Below the pieces are notes generated by a model. That model saw nothing but the letters and a program-made list of their open reading frames with translations. It did no database searches and had not been told where the DNA came from. Shown here piece by piece: positions 1 through 10,723 of a stretch of DNA of 64,000 bases; positions within the stretch are counted from its first letter, which is position 1; each line of letters begins with the position of its first letter. The DNA comes from an uncultured Gammaproteobacteria bacterium. Its GTDB lineage: Bacteria; Pseudomonadota; Gammaproteobacteria; GCA-001735895. A program made the position numbers and the translations under genes. The stretch is taken from positions 97 to 64,096 of the forward strand of contig CALCSG010000430.1 of assembly GCA_937894085.1 (NCBI GenBank), written 5' to 3'.

Positions 1-340
1 GGGTTCAGATACGAATGGCACTTACTTAATCCCGAATCCGTCTAATTAATCGGGGGAATATAGAAGTTGAATTAAAAACTAGTAGGTACTCCCTGAAATA
101 TGTGAACTATCAATGACCAGTTTCGCCACAACAGGGTAACCAATGGTTAATGCTAAACGATAGAGAACGCTGAGAATCTTCAATTCGTAGTCAAATGGAG
201 GAAAGTTTCATTGTAGTCAGTTGAAGAAACTGAACTTTTATTCGTGGTCTTCGAATGATGGATCAACAGATGACTAAATAGAAGTTTTCAGTTTAGATTT
301 GACAGAACCAAAGGCTCAGGGCCAGTGGTAAAACAATGAT

Positions 341-637
341 CTATACAGATACCGCACAGGGAAGTGGTTTGGGCCTTCCAAACGAGGTACGCGACCAGGC
401 ACGCTCATGCAGATAATACAGCACCACTTTGGTCACTACTTCGGTTAAGCCGATAGAAATCGCAACCGTTATTTCCTGAGTAAAAAACCATGCCAGCATG
501 ATGGTGTCCAGTGATCCGGTGATTCGCCATGAAATTGCCTTGGCGAGGCAGCGTAAAGGTGGATCCATATTATCGGCCCGCAGGGGTTGTGTCGTTTTTG
601 GGCGATTTATTAATTTATCGATAAACATGTATTTCAC
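341..637 (-). CDS. small membrane protein, DUF2061-like
   Basis: 98-aa ORF with two hydrophobic helices. Its ATG (637) sits directly against the cysC stop codon (638). The family is commonly found beside cysC. Confidence 0.5.
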   Translation of the reverse strand: MKYMFIDKLINRPKTTQPLRADNMDPPLRCLAKAISWRITGSLDTIMLAWFFTQEITVAISIGLTEVVTKVVLYYLHERAWSRTSFGRPKPLPCAVSV

Positions 638-1261
638 TCAGGCACTTATTTTAACAGGTTCATAACCTGACTTTAATACGCCACTGGAATTCAGGTAGGA
701 TAGCAACTGGTTGACCGCTTCGGCAACGCTGCAGAAATCGGCATGAATATGCAATTCAGGATTTTCCGGTACTTCGTAGGGGCTATCGATCCCGGTGAAC
801 TGTTTGATTTCTCCGCGTATTGCTTTTTCATATAGCCCCTTGGGGTCGCGTTGTTTACACACATCAAGCGAGGCATCCACAAACACTTCAATAAACTCTC
901 CTTCGGGTAAAATGTCGCGCACGATTTCACGGTCGGCCTTAAACGGAGAGATGAAGGCTGCCAGTGTGATCAGTCCTGCATCGGCGGCGAGTTTTGCCAC
1001 TTCGCCCACGCGTCGAATGTTTTCCTTGCGATCAGCATCTGAAAACCCCAGATCTTTACACAGGCCATGACGCACGTTATCCCCATCCAGCAGGTAGGTA
1101 TGATAACCCTGCTGGGTCAGGATATGTTCGAGTGCTCCGGCGATAGTGGATTTTCCCGAGGCACTTAGTCCGGTAAACCAGATCACCAGTGGTTTCTGTG
1201 CTTTCTGGGTTGCTCGTGTGTGTTTATCAACTACATGCTGGTGCCAGATAATATTGCTCAT
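638..1261 (-). CDS. cysC: adenylyl-sulfate (APS) kinase
   Basis: 207 aa with P-loop GLSASGKST. The full-length architecture matches APS kinase. Confidence 0.9.
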   Translation of the reverse strand: MSNIIWHQHVVDKHTRATQKAQKPLVIWFTGLSASGKSTIAGALEHILTQQGYHTYLLDGDNVRHGLCKDLGFSDADRKENIRRVGEVAKLAADAGLITLAAFISPFKADREIVRDILPEGEFIEVFVDASLDVCKQRDPKGLYEKAIRGEIKQFTGIDSPYEVPENPELHIHADFCSVAEAVNQLLSYLNSSGVLKSGYEPVKISA

Positions 1262-1324
1262 GTTAAAAACTCCGAAGTTAAAGGTTATATAAAGGTAAAG
1301 TTTGGTACGGGTATTTGTGTAAAA

Positions 1325-2047
1325 CTATTCGTGCAGGCCACACTCTCTTTTCAGGCCGAAAAAACGAGTGTCTTCTTCGCGCATGCCGACACTTAACGGG
1401 CGGCTGCTGTGGTGATCCCCGACGGAGACGTAGCCCTGTTCCCATAGCGGGTGGTACGGTAAATTATGCTGGGCCAGATAGCGGTGTACATCCCGGTTAC
1501 TCCAGTCAATGATGGGATGCATTTTAAAACGGCCGTCCTGAATGCGTAATACAGGTAAGTCAGATCTGCTCGTCGCCTGCTCACGCCGCAGGCCTGCATA
1601 CCATGAGCCCACTTCCAGTTTATTGAATGCCTGTTGCATAGGTTCAACCTTGTTGATGCGGTTGTATTTTGACAGGCCATCCAGACCCTGTTCCCATAGC
1701 TTGCCATGACTGGCTTCCTGCCAGGCCGGTGACTGAGTAGACTGAAACACTTGCAGATTCAGATTTAAGCGCTCTGTCATCTGGTTAATAAACTGGTAGG
1801 TTTCCCTGAATAAATAGCCGGTATCAATGAGTACGACCGGTATTTCGGCTTTCACCGACGTCAGCAGATGCAGCATGACCGTTGACTGTATGCCAAAGCT
1901 GGAGGACAGAACCTGTGACCCGGGTAAAAACTGGATTGCCCAACGCACACGTTGTTCGGCTGTTTGTGTTTCCAGCGTGAGATTGATTTCAGCAAGTGCC
2001 CGGGCATCACCGGCCATGGCCTGATTAATGAGATTTAAGTCAGGCAT
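1325..2047 (-). CDS. cysH: phosphoadenosine phosphosulfate (PAPS) reductase
   Basis: 240 aa with the PAPS-reductase fold and C-terminal ECGLH motif. It lacks the Cys pairs of Fe-S APS reductases. It overlaps cysI by 8 nt. Confidence 0.9.
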   Translation of the reverse strand: MPDLNLINQAMAGDARALAEINLTLETQTAEQRVRWAIQFLPGSQVLSSSFGIQSTVMLHLLTSVKAEIPVVLIDTGYLFRETYQFINQMTERLNLNLQVFQSTQSPAWQEASHGKLWEQGLDGLSKYNRINKVEPMQQAFNKLEVGSWYAGLRREQATSRSDLPVLRIQDGRFKMHPIIDWSNRDVHRYLAQHNLPYHPLWEQGYVSVGDHHSSRPLSVGMREEDTRFFGLKRECGLHE

Positions 2048-3722
2048 GAAAATCTACCGCCGGGTTTACAACCGCGGATATGATGCCCTGACGGATCACA
2101 AAGTCACTCAGGCGTTCATCGTTTTCTCTAAGCGTAGCAAATTTTTCGAGTAATTCATCCATCACTTTTAAAATACCTTCTTCATTTAAGTTTTCGCGAT
2201 ACAGTTTATTCAGACGTTGGCCGTGACCATCCCCGCCTAACATAAGGTTGTAGCGTCCGGGGCCTTTACCGACCAGTGCAATTTCAGCCACAAAGGGTCG
2301 GGCACAGCCATTCGGGCAACCGGTCATGCGAATCACCAGGTCAAGCGTGCTTAATCCATATTTATTCAGTATCAACTCGAATTTGGTTAACAGTTCGGGA
2401 AAGTATCGTTCTGCTTCAGCCATCGCCTGCGGACAGCTGGGAAAGGCGACACAGGCAATACTGTTGAGTCGTAGCAGGGAAATTTTTTCATCAATCAAAC
2501 CGTATTGTGTCGCAAGCTCCAGGATGGATTGCTTCTGCTCTGCGGGTATCCCGGCGATGATCAGGTTTTGATTCGGTGTGATGCGAAAGTCGCCCTGGTG
2601 AACGGCAGCTATTTTGCCCAAACCCGTTTTGATCGGTGCTTTATGATGGTCTGTGATGCGGCCATTTTCGATAAAAAGGGTCAAATTCCAGCGCTTGTCG
2701 GTACTCTGAGTCCAGCCAAAGCGATCACCCTGATGTTTGAATGTGACTTTATGCGGAGTCTGAAAACTGATGCCGGCACGTTGTTCAACAAGTTGCCTGA
2801 AGTTATGTATGCCCAGTTTTTCGATGCTGTACTTGAGACGTGCATGGCGCCGACTTATGCGGTTACCTTCATCACGCTGTACAGTAACGACGGCTTCGGC
2901 AACCTTCAGTACATCTTCCAGTGCAATAAAGCCGAGTTCATCAGCCAGTCGTGGAAAGGTGCTCCGGTCGCCGTGCGTGGTACCCATGCCGCCACCCGCG
3001 AGCACGTTAAAACCTGTCAACTTTCCCTGCTTTTGTATGGCAATAAAGCCCAGGTCATTGGTATAGATGTCGACATCATTAGACGGTGGAACGGCGACAG
3101 CTATCTTGAATTTTCGCGGTAGATAAGTGTTGCCATAAACAGGTTCTTCGTCAGCCTGGGTCTGTTTTTCACCATCTAGCCAGATTTCATGGTAGGCACG
3201 CGACCTGGGTTTCAGCTGTTCGCTGATTTTTCTGGCCCATGCATACACTTCTGCATGCAACTCTGACTGCAGAGGGTTTGGATTACACATCACGTTGCGG
3301 TTGATATCACCACAACCGCCGATGGAATCGATTAATGAGGCATTAATTTCCTGTATCAGAGGTTTTAGATTACGCTTGAGAATGCCGTGATATTGAAAGG
3401 TCTGGCGTGTGGTAAGGCGGATGGAGCCATTCCCCAGGCGCTGACTGATACCATCAATGGCCAGCCATTGTGCGGGAGTGCAGACACCGCCTGGCAGTCG
3501 TGCACGTAACATGAAGCTGTAGTCGGGCTCCAGAAAGCTGCCCTGACGCTGCTGTCGATTATCACGGTCATCCTGTTCATAAAAACCGTGAAATTTGCTG
3601 ATCTGTGCATCTGCCGGGCTGAGTGAACCGGTCAGTTCATCCCTGATACTTTGTTGCAAGGTACCACGCAGGAAGTTACTTTCGGCTTTTATTGTTTCGT
3701 TTTCGTTGACTTTGATATCCAT
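2040..3722 (-). CDS. cysI: sulfite reductase (NADPH) haemoprotein beta subunit
   Basis: 560 aa. The nitrite/sulfite reductase 4Fe-4S/sirohaem Cys cluster is present (CGDINRN ... [10 protein letters not shown]). The stop codon overlaps the cysJ stop/start junction. Confidence 0.9.
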   Translation of the reverse strand: MDIKVNENETIKAESNFLRGTLQQSIRDELTGSLSPADAQISKFHGFYEQDDRDNRQQRQGSFLEPDYSFMLRARLPGGVCTPAQWLAIDGISQRLGNGSIRLTTRQTFQYHGILKRNLKPLIQEINASLIDSIGGCGDINRNVMCNPNPLQSELHAEVYAWARKISEQLKPRSRAYHEIWLDGEKQTQADEEPVYGNTYLPRKFKIAVAVPPSNDVDIYTNDLGFIAIQKQGKLTGFNVLAGGGMGTTHGDRSTFPRLADELGFIALEDVLKVAEAVVTVQRDEGNRISRRHARLKYSIEKLGIHNFRQLVEQRAGISFQTPHKVTFKHQGDRFGWTQSTDKRWNLTLFIENGRITDHHKAPIKTGLGKIAAVHQGDFRITPNQNLIIAGIPAEQKQSILELATQYGLIDEKISLLRLNSIACVAFPSCPQAMAEAERYFPELLTKFELILNKYGLSTLDLVIRMTGCPNGCARPFVAEIALVGKGPGRYNLMLGGDGHGQRLNKLYRENLNEEGILKVMDELLEKFATLRENDERLSDFVIRQGIISAVVNPAVDFHA

Positions 3723-5503
3723 TAGTAGACATCTCTCAGGTAGCGCCCTTGCGAGCGTAGATTTTCGATAATTACATCTGCTTGCTGTTCGGTTTGTTCG
3801 CCATACTGGTTGACAATTTCGGCGATCGATTCACGTACCGCCTTTTCCATTTCGATGCCACCACACACGTAGACATGCGCACCCTGCTGTAACCATTCGT
3901 AAAATTGCTGTCCCTCTTCGCGTAATTTGTCCTGAATATAGGCGCGCGTGGTGGTATCGCGGGAGAAGGCCAGGCTCACCTTGTCGAGCAGTCCGGCCTT
4001 GCGGAAGTTGATCCAGTCCTGCTGGTATAAAAAGTCTCGCTTAAAATGCCGGTTACCAAAAATTAACCAGTTTTTACCACTCGCAGCGTCGCACTGGCGC
4101 TGCTGTAAAAAAGCGCGATAGGGGGCGATGCCGGTACCGGCTCCAATCATGATGATAGGAGTATCACCCTGTACGGGCAGACGAAAATGAGTGTTTTCTG
4201 CGACATACACGGCAAGTACATCGTGTTGCTGCAGGCGATGCACCAGGTGACTGGATGCCGTACCCTGATGGCTGCGACCGTGTGCGTCAAAACTTAGTGC
4301 TGCAACGGTTAAATGAACTTCGTCATCATTTTGTTGTTGACTGGATGCGATGGAATACAGGCGTGGTTGTAAAGGTTGCAGCACATTAATGAGTGCCTCA
4401 GCTTCGACTTGTGCGGGGAACTCACTGATTAAATCGATGAGTTGACGATCCTGCGCAAATTCGCGTAATTTCCTGGCGTCATCGGCCAGTGACAGCAATT
4501 TCTCTGATCCAGATAAGTTGGCCCAGTTTGCCACGACAGTAGGGTGCAGTAAGGTCAGTTCCAGTTTATTTTGTAGAGCCTGTTCCAGTGAAAATTGCTG
4601 GCCTTCGACATGCACCGGAGTCTCTGCATCCAGCTTGCAGAACTGAATGATGTCCGCGACCAGAGCTGGATTGTTTTTACTCCACACTCCCAGCGCATCG
4701 CCCGGTTGATAGCGAATCACCTGAGGATCGATTTCCAGCACAATATGATGAATGTTAGCAATGCCCTGATCGGTCGTGATACGACGCTTATCCAGCACGG
4801 TGGCCTGATATGGGTTGGATCGATCAATACCTGGAAGACTGCTGGCACCCGACAAATTGAATACCTTAGCTGTGTGTTCGGTCAGGTGTTTACGCGATTG
4901 CTGGATAACATCACCACGCCAGTTTTGAGCTTCCTGTTGAAAATTAATATCGGCATCGATGCGCGGTAAAAGTCGAGTGGCCCCTAAAGCCTCGAGCCGC
5001 AAATCCACATCGATACCAGCCTGGCAAAAGAATTCGTAGCTGGAATCACCGAGTGCGAATACACTGAAATTGAGTTGCTCCAGTTGAGGCGTGTGCCTGT
5101 TAAACAGATAACGCTGAAACTCCTGTGCAGTTTCGGGTGGCTCTCCTTCACCGTGCGTACTGATCACCAGGATCAACAGCCGTTCCCTGGTCAGATTACG
5201 TGGTTTGTAGTCATTTATGGACAGCACCCGGGTATTTAACCCCTGCTGTTTTGCATCTTCTGCTAATTGATCTGCAATACCGCGGCCATTACCCGTATGC
5301 GTGGCATACAGTATGGTGGCACAAGGGCTGAAAATCTCCTGTTGCTCTGGTAACTGAGTCTGACTTAAACCAGCCAGATAACCACTGGCCCAGTTTATCT
5401 GTTGCCGGGTTAATCCCTTTAAGGCCTGAGTGAGACGTTGGTGTTCAAATTCGTTTAAGGTCGCTAGCGAATGTTGAGTCTGTTCTAATAAGCTGGATGG
5501 CAT
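3722..5503 (-). CDS. cysJ: sulfite reductase (NADPH) flavoprotein alpha subunit
   Basis: Flavodoxin-like FMN domain plus FNR-like FAD/NADPH domain (RLYSIASS; C-terminal RYLRDVY). The ORF runs on to 5644, but homology to CysJ begins at MPSSLLEQ, so the start is placed at 5503. Confidence 0.85.
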   Translation of the reverse strand: MPSSLLEQTQHSLATLNEFEHQRLTQALKGLTRQQINWASGYLAGLSQTQLPEQQEIFSPCATILYATHTGNGRGIADQLAEDAKQQGLNTRVLSINDYKPRNLTRERLLILVISTHGEGEPPETAQEFQRYLFNRHTPQLEQLNFSVFALGDSSYEFFCQAGIDVDLRLEALGATRLLPRIDADINFQQEAQNWRGDVIQQSRKHLTEHTAKVFNLSGASSLPGIDRSNPYQATVLDKRRITTDQGIANIHHIVLEIDPQVIRYQPGDALGVWSKNNPALVADIIQFCKLDAETPVHVEGQQFSLEQALQNKLELTLLHPTVVANWANLSGSEKLLSLADDARKLREFAQDRQLIDLISEFPAQVEAEALINVLQPLQPRLYSIASSQQQNDDEVHLTVAALSFDAHGRSHQGTASSHLVHRLQQHDVLAVYVAENTHFRLPVQGDTPIIMIGAGTGIAPYRAFLQQRQCDAASGKNWLIFGNRHFKRDFLYQQDWINFRKAGLLDKVSLAFSRDTTTRAYIQDKLREEGQQFYEWLQQGAHVYVCGGIEMEKAVRESIAEIVNQYGEQTEQQADVIIENLRSQGRYLRDVY

Positions 5504-5929
5504 GCTAATCACCTGTAGTTTATATGGGGTCACATCCCACGATGAGGCATATCTTGAAAGGGATTGTAAATCATGTAAAATGATAAAGAATGATTCTATA
5601 TTAATATAAATGATAAGTATCAGGATGCTCATGCTCATGCTCACAACACTGTGTTATGAACTATGTTATTCAACCTGGAAAAATCGGTTGAGTGCGAAAA
5701 AGATGTGCACCAGGAGCAGGCGCTTTAGCCGAGCTATTAACTGCCTTTCGTAATCGAACTGATTTATCCAGGTTGATCTGACCAGGTTTAAGGGTTTGAT
5801 GTATCTGATCAGGAATTAGTTAGTTCAGACATATCTCAAAATGAATTTCCAGCAGTAGATTTTTCCAAAGTCTGCAGGTCGCTGACTTGAGGTTAACTAA
5901 TTTCCTTAACTGTGATCTGTCCATGTGGT

Positions 5930-7009
5930 TTAGCGCGAATCGCCGCGAGGAAACATCACTCTGTCAGGCTGTTCATTGAGCTGTTTCAGACCCCGTTTCA
6001 GAATTCGGGTTTTTAGCGGGCCTGATTTTTTCGGATGGGCCAGGTATCTTACGATGACTTCAATCCAGGTGTTTTCATGAGTGCGAAACAGCACCACAGG
6101 CTCTTCATTTACCTCGAGCTCATCTACCGGCGTACTGGCCAGCAATTTACGGTAAACGGCGACCTGCCTGGCCATGTCTCCGCCGATTTCCTGCAGCGCG
6201 ACTTCACGCATGGTGTCAGCAACAAAATCCAGATCACTGCCATATGCAATATACATACGAATCTCATTCCAGATATAGGGGAACAGCGGCCAGGAATAAT
6301 TATAAACCGTGGTATTCAGCACCATCGAGTTTGGAAACTTGATCACCCGACCACTGGGGTGATCGGTTGACAGGTACTGACCGCCAAACTCCCATAATGT
6401 GGTGTCCAGGTAACCCACGTCGATTACATCCCCGGTTGCATCGTTGATGCGTATCCGGTCACCAACCCGATACGGCTGGCGCAACAGTATGTAAAACCAG
6501 GCAAACAGATTATTCAGTGAAGACTGCAGGGCCAGGCCGAAAATGATAGACAGAACGCCGAGAGAAACCAGCACTGTTGTCCATTCGACAAAAAAAACAG
6601 ATACCAGCGTAATCGTAATGGCGAACCCGGCGACTAATCGAATCAGTCGATTCAGATTGAAGCGTGAAGCAGCATCACTCATCGAGCGAACCAGGTAGCG
6701 CGTGATAAACTCGCCCAGCGCTAATATGATCGATACCAGCAAACCGGCCAGGCTAAATTTTATCAGCAGGCTAAGGTAGCTTCCAATATAAGCTATCGAG
6801 CCATGTTGTAACCACTGGTATACGATAAAAAATGATAGGGTGCTTACGAGGTAAACCCAGAGCCATGTTTTTTTAGAAGTCGGACGCGCGGTTGATTTAA
6901 ATTTTTGATTAGTTCCGATCTGTTTTAGCGCTTCATTGATGGCCGACTGCTCGGCCGTATCAACTGGACTGGACCGCGTTACGTTGTCAGCGCTGTTATT
7001 ATTTTTCAC
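5930..7009 (-). CDS. mechanosensitive ion channel, MscS family
   Basis: 359 aa. N-terminal transmembrane helices are followed by the MscS beta-domain (GDRIRINDATGDVIDVGYLDT). Confidence 0.8.
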   Translation of the reverse strand: MKNNNSADNVTRSSPVDTAEQSAINEALKQIGTNQKFKSTARPTSKKTWLWVYLVSTLSFFIVYQWLQHGSIAYIGSYLSLLIKFSLAGLLVSIILALGEFITRYLVRSMSDAASRFNLNRLIRLVAGFAITITLVSVFFVEWTTVLVSLGVLSIIFGLALQSSLNNLFAWFYILLRQPYRVGDRIRINDATGDVIDVGYLDTTLWEFGGQYLSTDHPSGRVIKFPNSMVLNTTVYNYSWPLFPYIWNEIRMYIAYGSDLDFVADTMREVALQEIGGDMARQVAVYRKLLASTPVDELEVNEEPVVLFRTHENTWIEVIVRYLAHPKKSGPLKTRILKRGLKQLNEQPDRVMFPRGDSR

Positions 7010-7042
7010 AGTTTCTCATCTCGTGTTAGTAGAGTTTGCAGG

Positions 7043-7930
7043 CTATAACTGATAAAAGTCTCTGATCGACTGCCAGCATTCCTCGACCGTATCCGCATAC
7101 TGAAACAGTTCGAGATCACGTTCATCTATAGCGCCTTCTTCAACCATAAGCTCGAAGTTAATAAGCCGGCTCCAGTAATTTCTTCCCAGTAGTATAACGG
7201 GAACCGGTTTTATTTTACGGGTCTGGATCAGGGTGAGCGTCTCGAACAGTTCATCCATTGTTCCAAAACCTCCGGGAAAGGCAACCAGGGCTCTGGCTCG
7301 TTTCAGGAAGTGCATCTTACGGATGGCAAAATAATGAAACTGAAAACACAGCTCGGGGGTAATATACGGGTTCGGTTTCTGCTCAAACGGCAACACGATA
7401 TTGAGTCCGATACTTTTCCCTCCAGCATCCATCGCTCCACGATTAGCGGCTTCCATTATTCCCGGGCCACCACCGGTTATTACCACCAGTTCACATTCTT
7501 CATCGTGTTGAGAGTGCTGTGTGATGAGTTTTGAAAGTTGCCTGGCCTGATCATAGTAATGTGAATTGACCAGTCCCCGCTGCGCTATTTTAAGCTTACG
7601 TGCCAATGTCTTATCAGTCGGTCTGGCTGTTGCCCGAAGTGCGGCTTCATCCACTTTCTGCTGGGCTTTGTTTGTTTCCAGGATTCGTGCACTGCCAAAA
7701 ATCACCACCGTACTACGGATGCCATTTTCCTGCTGCAGCAAATCCGGTTTCAGTAATTCCAGCTGTAATCTTACCGGCCTGAGTTCATCTCTGAGCAGAA
7801 AGGCGGTGTCCGCATAAGCCAGGCTATAGGAAGGGGAGAGTGACTGGGCACTCGCCTGCACCAGACCGGCTGCATTCATATCATCTTTCGCACTGGGAAA
7901 TAGTTTATCTGGTTTTTCCGCGTTGCTCAT
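7043..7930 (-). CDS. LOG-family (TIGR00730) nucleotide-binding protein / putative nucleotide 5'-monophosphate nucleosidase
   Basis: Carries the GGGPGIMEAANRGA and PGGFGTMDELFE motifs. It has an N-terminal extension of about 110 aa. Confidence 0.75.
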   Translation of the reverse strand: MSNAEKPDKLFPSAKDDMNAAGLVQASAQSLSPSYSLAYADTAFLLRDELRPVRLQLELLKPDLLQQENGIRSTVVIFGSARILETNKAQQKVDEAALRATARPTDKTLARKLKIAQRGLVNSHYYDQARQLSKLITQHSQHDEECELVVITGGGPGIMEAANRGAMDAGGKSIGLNIVLPFEQKPNPYITPELCFQFHYFAIRKMHFLKRARALVAFPGGFGTMDELFETLTLIQTRKIKPVPVILLGRNYWSRLINFELMVEEGAIDERDLELFQYADTVEECWQSIRDFYQL

Positions 7931-7971
7931 GGGTTAATTTCCTCAGATTACATTTTAACAATTCTCTAAAT

Positions 7972-10689
7972 TTAGACTGACAACCAAGATACGCCTCCAC
8001 GTACCAGCCACTTACGATACTCCTCAAGCGCCAGTATCACTAGCGGTGCTGATAAGATGATTCCCCATATCCACAGACTAAAAGCAGCACTATTAAAAAT
8101 CGGTTGCAACCACGGTATATACAAAATGCACACAATAAACAGAACTTCCAGCACGATGCCGGCAGTAATCCAGCGGTTAAAGCGCCACACGTAAGATATC
8201 GCACTTTGTCGATTGGTACGACAGGCCATAACGTTACCAATCTGGCCAAATATGATAGTGCTTAAAAAAGCTCCGGATGCCTGTAGATAAAGCAGGTCTG
8301 AACTTGCTACTGGCATCGCCCAGTGCCAGCCACCGGCATATAGCACACTGAAAAAAGCTACAAATGACAGTAGAGCTTCGGCCGGACCAATAATGGCGTA
8401 GCTGCGAAGAAATGTTCGGTAACTCACCAGACGTTCAGATTTATGGCGTGGAGGTCGCTGCATGATATCTGATTCAGGAGGTTCATTACCCAGACCGATC
8501 GCCGGCACTATGTCAGTCAGTAAATCAATAGCCAGAATTTGCACCACGGTAATCGGTAAAGGTATGGGAAATAGCACGTACGCAATAAAGGGTAGAATCT
8601 CGGGAATATTACTGGTCAGGATATAGGTAATAAATTTTTTGATATTATCGTAAACAGTACGTCCTTCCTCGACTGCAGCCACAATAGTGGAAAAATTATC
8701 GTCCAGCAGAATAATATCGGAAGCCTCCTTGGCCACATCGGTACCCCGCTTGCCCATCGCAATACCAATATCCGCACGTTTGAGTGCAGGGGCATCGTTG
8801 ACACCATCACCGGTCATCGCCACTACCTCACCCAGTTCCTTCAGTGCATCGACTACATCCAGTTTCTGGTGCGGGGCAATACCGGCAAATAATAGCTGTG
8901 GATCTTTAAGTGCCTGCAACAATTGATCATGACTCATGGCTGCCAGTGCTTCCCCGTCAATGACCCTTGGCTGTTGTACAATTCCGAGTCTGGATGAGAT
9001 ATAGGATACTGTTTCCGCCTTATCACCACTCATCACAATAATTCGAATACCTGCGCTCTTACAGGCAGCTACTGCTTCATATACCCCGTTACGTGGAGGA
9101 TCGACCAGCGCTACCAGTGCGACAAAAACCAGATCCTGTACATCCGCATCTGGTGCATCGGTGACCCGGTAAGCCAGTGCCAGAACCCTTAGACCCTGTG
9201 CGGCGTAGTCATCTGCCCTGGTTCTGATTGTTTCCAGTTCCTGCTCACGTAGTTTACGCACGAACCCTTCGTGGTGGACCTGCTGACAACGTTCGAGTAC
9301 GGTATCCGGCGCACCTTTAACGGTCATAAATAAAGTGCCTCCCTGAGTTCGATAGGTGTTGCTCATAAATTTAAGCTCTGAATCAAACGGGCGGCTGTGC
9401 ACCAGTTCAAATTGATTTCGAATAGCTTCATATCCTCCCTGACGGTTTACCAGATCGGCCAATGCCACTTCGGTAGGATCTCCATGAAAACCATTACTAT
9501 TATTTGTACCGTTATGAGTGGCTATTACATCATTACACAGGGCCATAATTTCTTTACAGGGGCGTGCTGAAGGCTGCTGCGAAAATTTTTCCAGGTTATG
9601 CGCGCTATATTCAGTGAAGTCGAGATACAACGTTTCAACATGCAGTTTATTCTGGGTCAGGGTGCCTGTTTTATCGGTACAGATTACGCTGGTAGAACCC
9701 AGCGTTTCTACCGAAAGAATCTGTTTTACCAGCGCATTGCGTTTACCCATACGTACCGAAGACTGGGTCAATGCCAGGGTAACGGTCGGTAATAAACCCT
9801 CCGGTACGTTAGCCACAATAATGCCGATGGCGAAGATCAGGTTAGTCCAGAAGGGGTTACCGATCATAAAACCGAGAATGAAAAATAACCCGCCTATAAC
9901 CAGCGCCAACAGGGTAATTTTGTGAACAAAGTGTTTAAGCTCACGCTGCATGGGCGTCAGATCCTGCTGTACCCCCTGAGTCAGTGACGATATATCACCA
10001 AGACGGGTTGAACGACCAGTGCGAGTTGCGATAATACTGGCATTTCCTTTCAGTACGGTAGTGCCTGAGCTAACCAGATTTTGCTCGCTAATTTTGTCTT
10101 CGATTCCAGTTTTTTCCAGAGGAAGTGATTCTCCGGTCAGAATAGACTCATCCACCACCAGTTGAGTGGAACTCAATAACACGCCATCTACCGGAATTTT
10201 ATCCCCTTCCTGCACAGTCAGAATGTCGCCGGGAACTACCTGACTGGCATCAAACAGCTGTTGTTCACCTTCGCGTAACAGGGCAACCTCTTTGGGGATA
10301 TAATCAAGAAACGAAAGCATCAGCTTCTCAACCTTGTAGTTCTGTAGAAAGGAGACCACTGCATTCAATACCACGACGCCCAGCAATGCGACTGCGATCA
10401 AATTATAGCCTTCGCCCGGGCTTATATGATGGGCCCAGAAAGAGAGTATTGCAGCAGACAGTAAAAGCAGTGGAAATAGAGCGGTAAATTCCTGTACTAA
10501 CATGCTCCAGCTGGAGCGGCTGCGGTGGAAGGTGATCTGGTTAAGACCATAAGTCTGCTGGCGTTGCAGTGCTTCAGCATTATTGAGTCCCTGTTCACTA
10601 CTTTGTAAGGAATGAAATAAGTCAGACCTGGACTGTCCTAAAAGTTTGTTTTGTAGCGTTGACTTAATTGTGGGTTGATGTTTTGGCAT
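7972..10689 (-). CDS. cation-transporting P-type ATPase
   Basis: Contains the DKTGTLT phosphorylation site (ICTDKTGTLT) and the hinge MTGDGVNDAPAL, with multiple transmembrane helices. The ORF extends to 10818, but that start would overlap the upstream gene by 95 nt. The start is therefore placed at MPKHQP. Confidence 0.85.
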   Translation of the reverse strand: MPKHQPTIKSTLQNKLLGQSRSDLFHSLQSSEQGLNNAEALQRQQTYGLNQITFHRSRSSWSMLVQEFTALFPLLLLSAAILSFWAHHISPGEGYNLIAVALLGVVVLNAVVSFLQNYKVEKLMLSFLDYIPKEVALLREGEQQLFDASQVVPGDILTVQEGDKIPVDGVLLSSTQLVVDESILTGESLPLEKTGIEDKISEQNLVSSGTTVLKGNASIIATRTGRSTRLGDISSLTQGVQQDLTPMQRELKHFVHKITLLALVIGGLFFILGFMIGNPFWTNLIFAIGIIVANVPEGLLPTVTLALTQSSVRMGKRNALVKQILSVETLGSTSVICTDKTGTLTQNKLHVETLYLDFTEYSAHNLEKFSQQPSARPCKEIMALCNDVIATHNGTNNSNGFHGDPTEVALADLVNRQGGYEAIRNQFELVHSRPFDSELKFMSNTYRTQGGTLFMTVKGAPDTVLERCQQVHHEGFVRKLREQELETIRTRADDYAAQGLRVLALAYRVTDAPDADVQDLVFVALVALVDPPRNGVYEAVAACKSAGIRIIVMSGDKAETVSYISSRLGIVQQPRVIDGEALAAMSHDQLLQALKDPQLLFAGIAPHQKLDVVDALKELGEVVAMTGDGVNDAPALKRADIGIAMGKRGTDVAKEASDIILLDDNFSTIVAAVEEGRTVYDNIKKFITYILTSNIPEILPFIAYVLFPIPLPITVVQILAIDLLTDIVPAIGLGNEPPESDIMQRPPRHKSERLVSYRTFLRSYAIIGPAEALLSFVAFFSVLYAGGWHWAMPVASSDLLYLQASGAFLSTIIFGQIGNVMACRTNRQSAISYVWRFNRWITAGIVLEVLFIVCILYIPWLQPIFNSAAFSLWIWGIILSAPLVILALEEYRKWLVRGGVSWLSV

Positions 10690-10723
10690 TTTGTCGTCTA
10701 CCCTGGATAAATACCCGAATCCG

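Noticed and set aside
2505-3122. 205-aa plus-strand ORF inside cysI
   Set aside because: It is antisense to a well-conserved gene and has no recognisable domain.
5504-5644. MSMSMSILILIIY... N-terminal extension of cysJ
   Set aside because: It has a low-complexity AT-rich translation and no homology to CysJ. Homology begins at MPSSLLEQ (5503).
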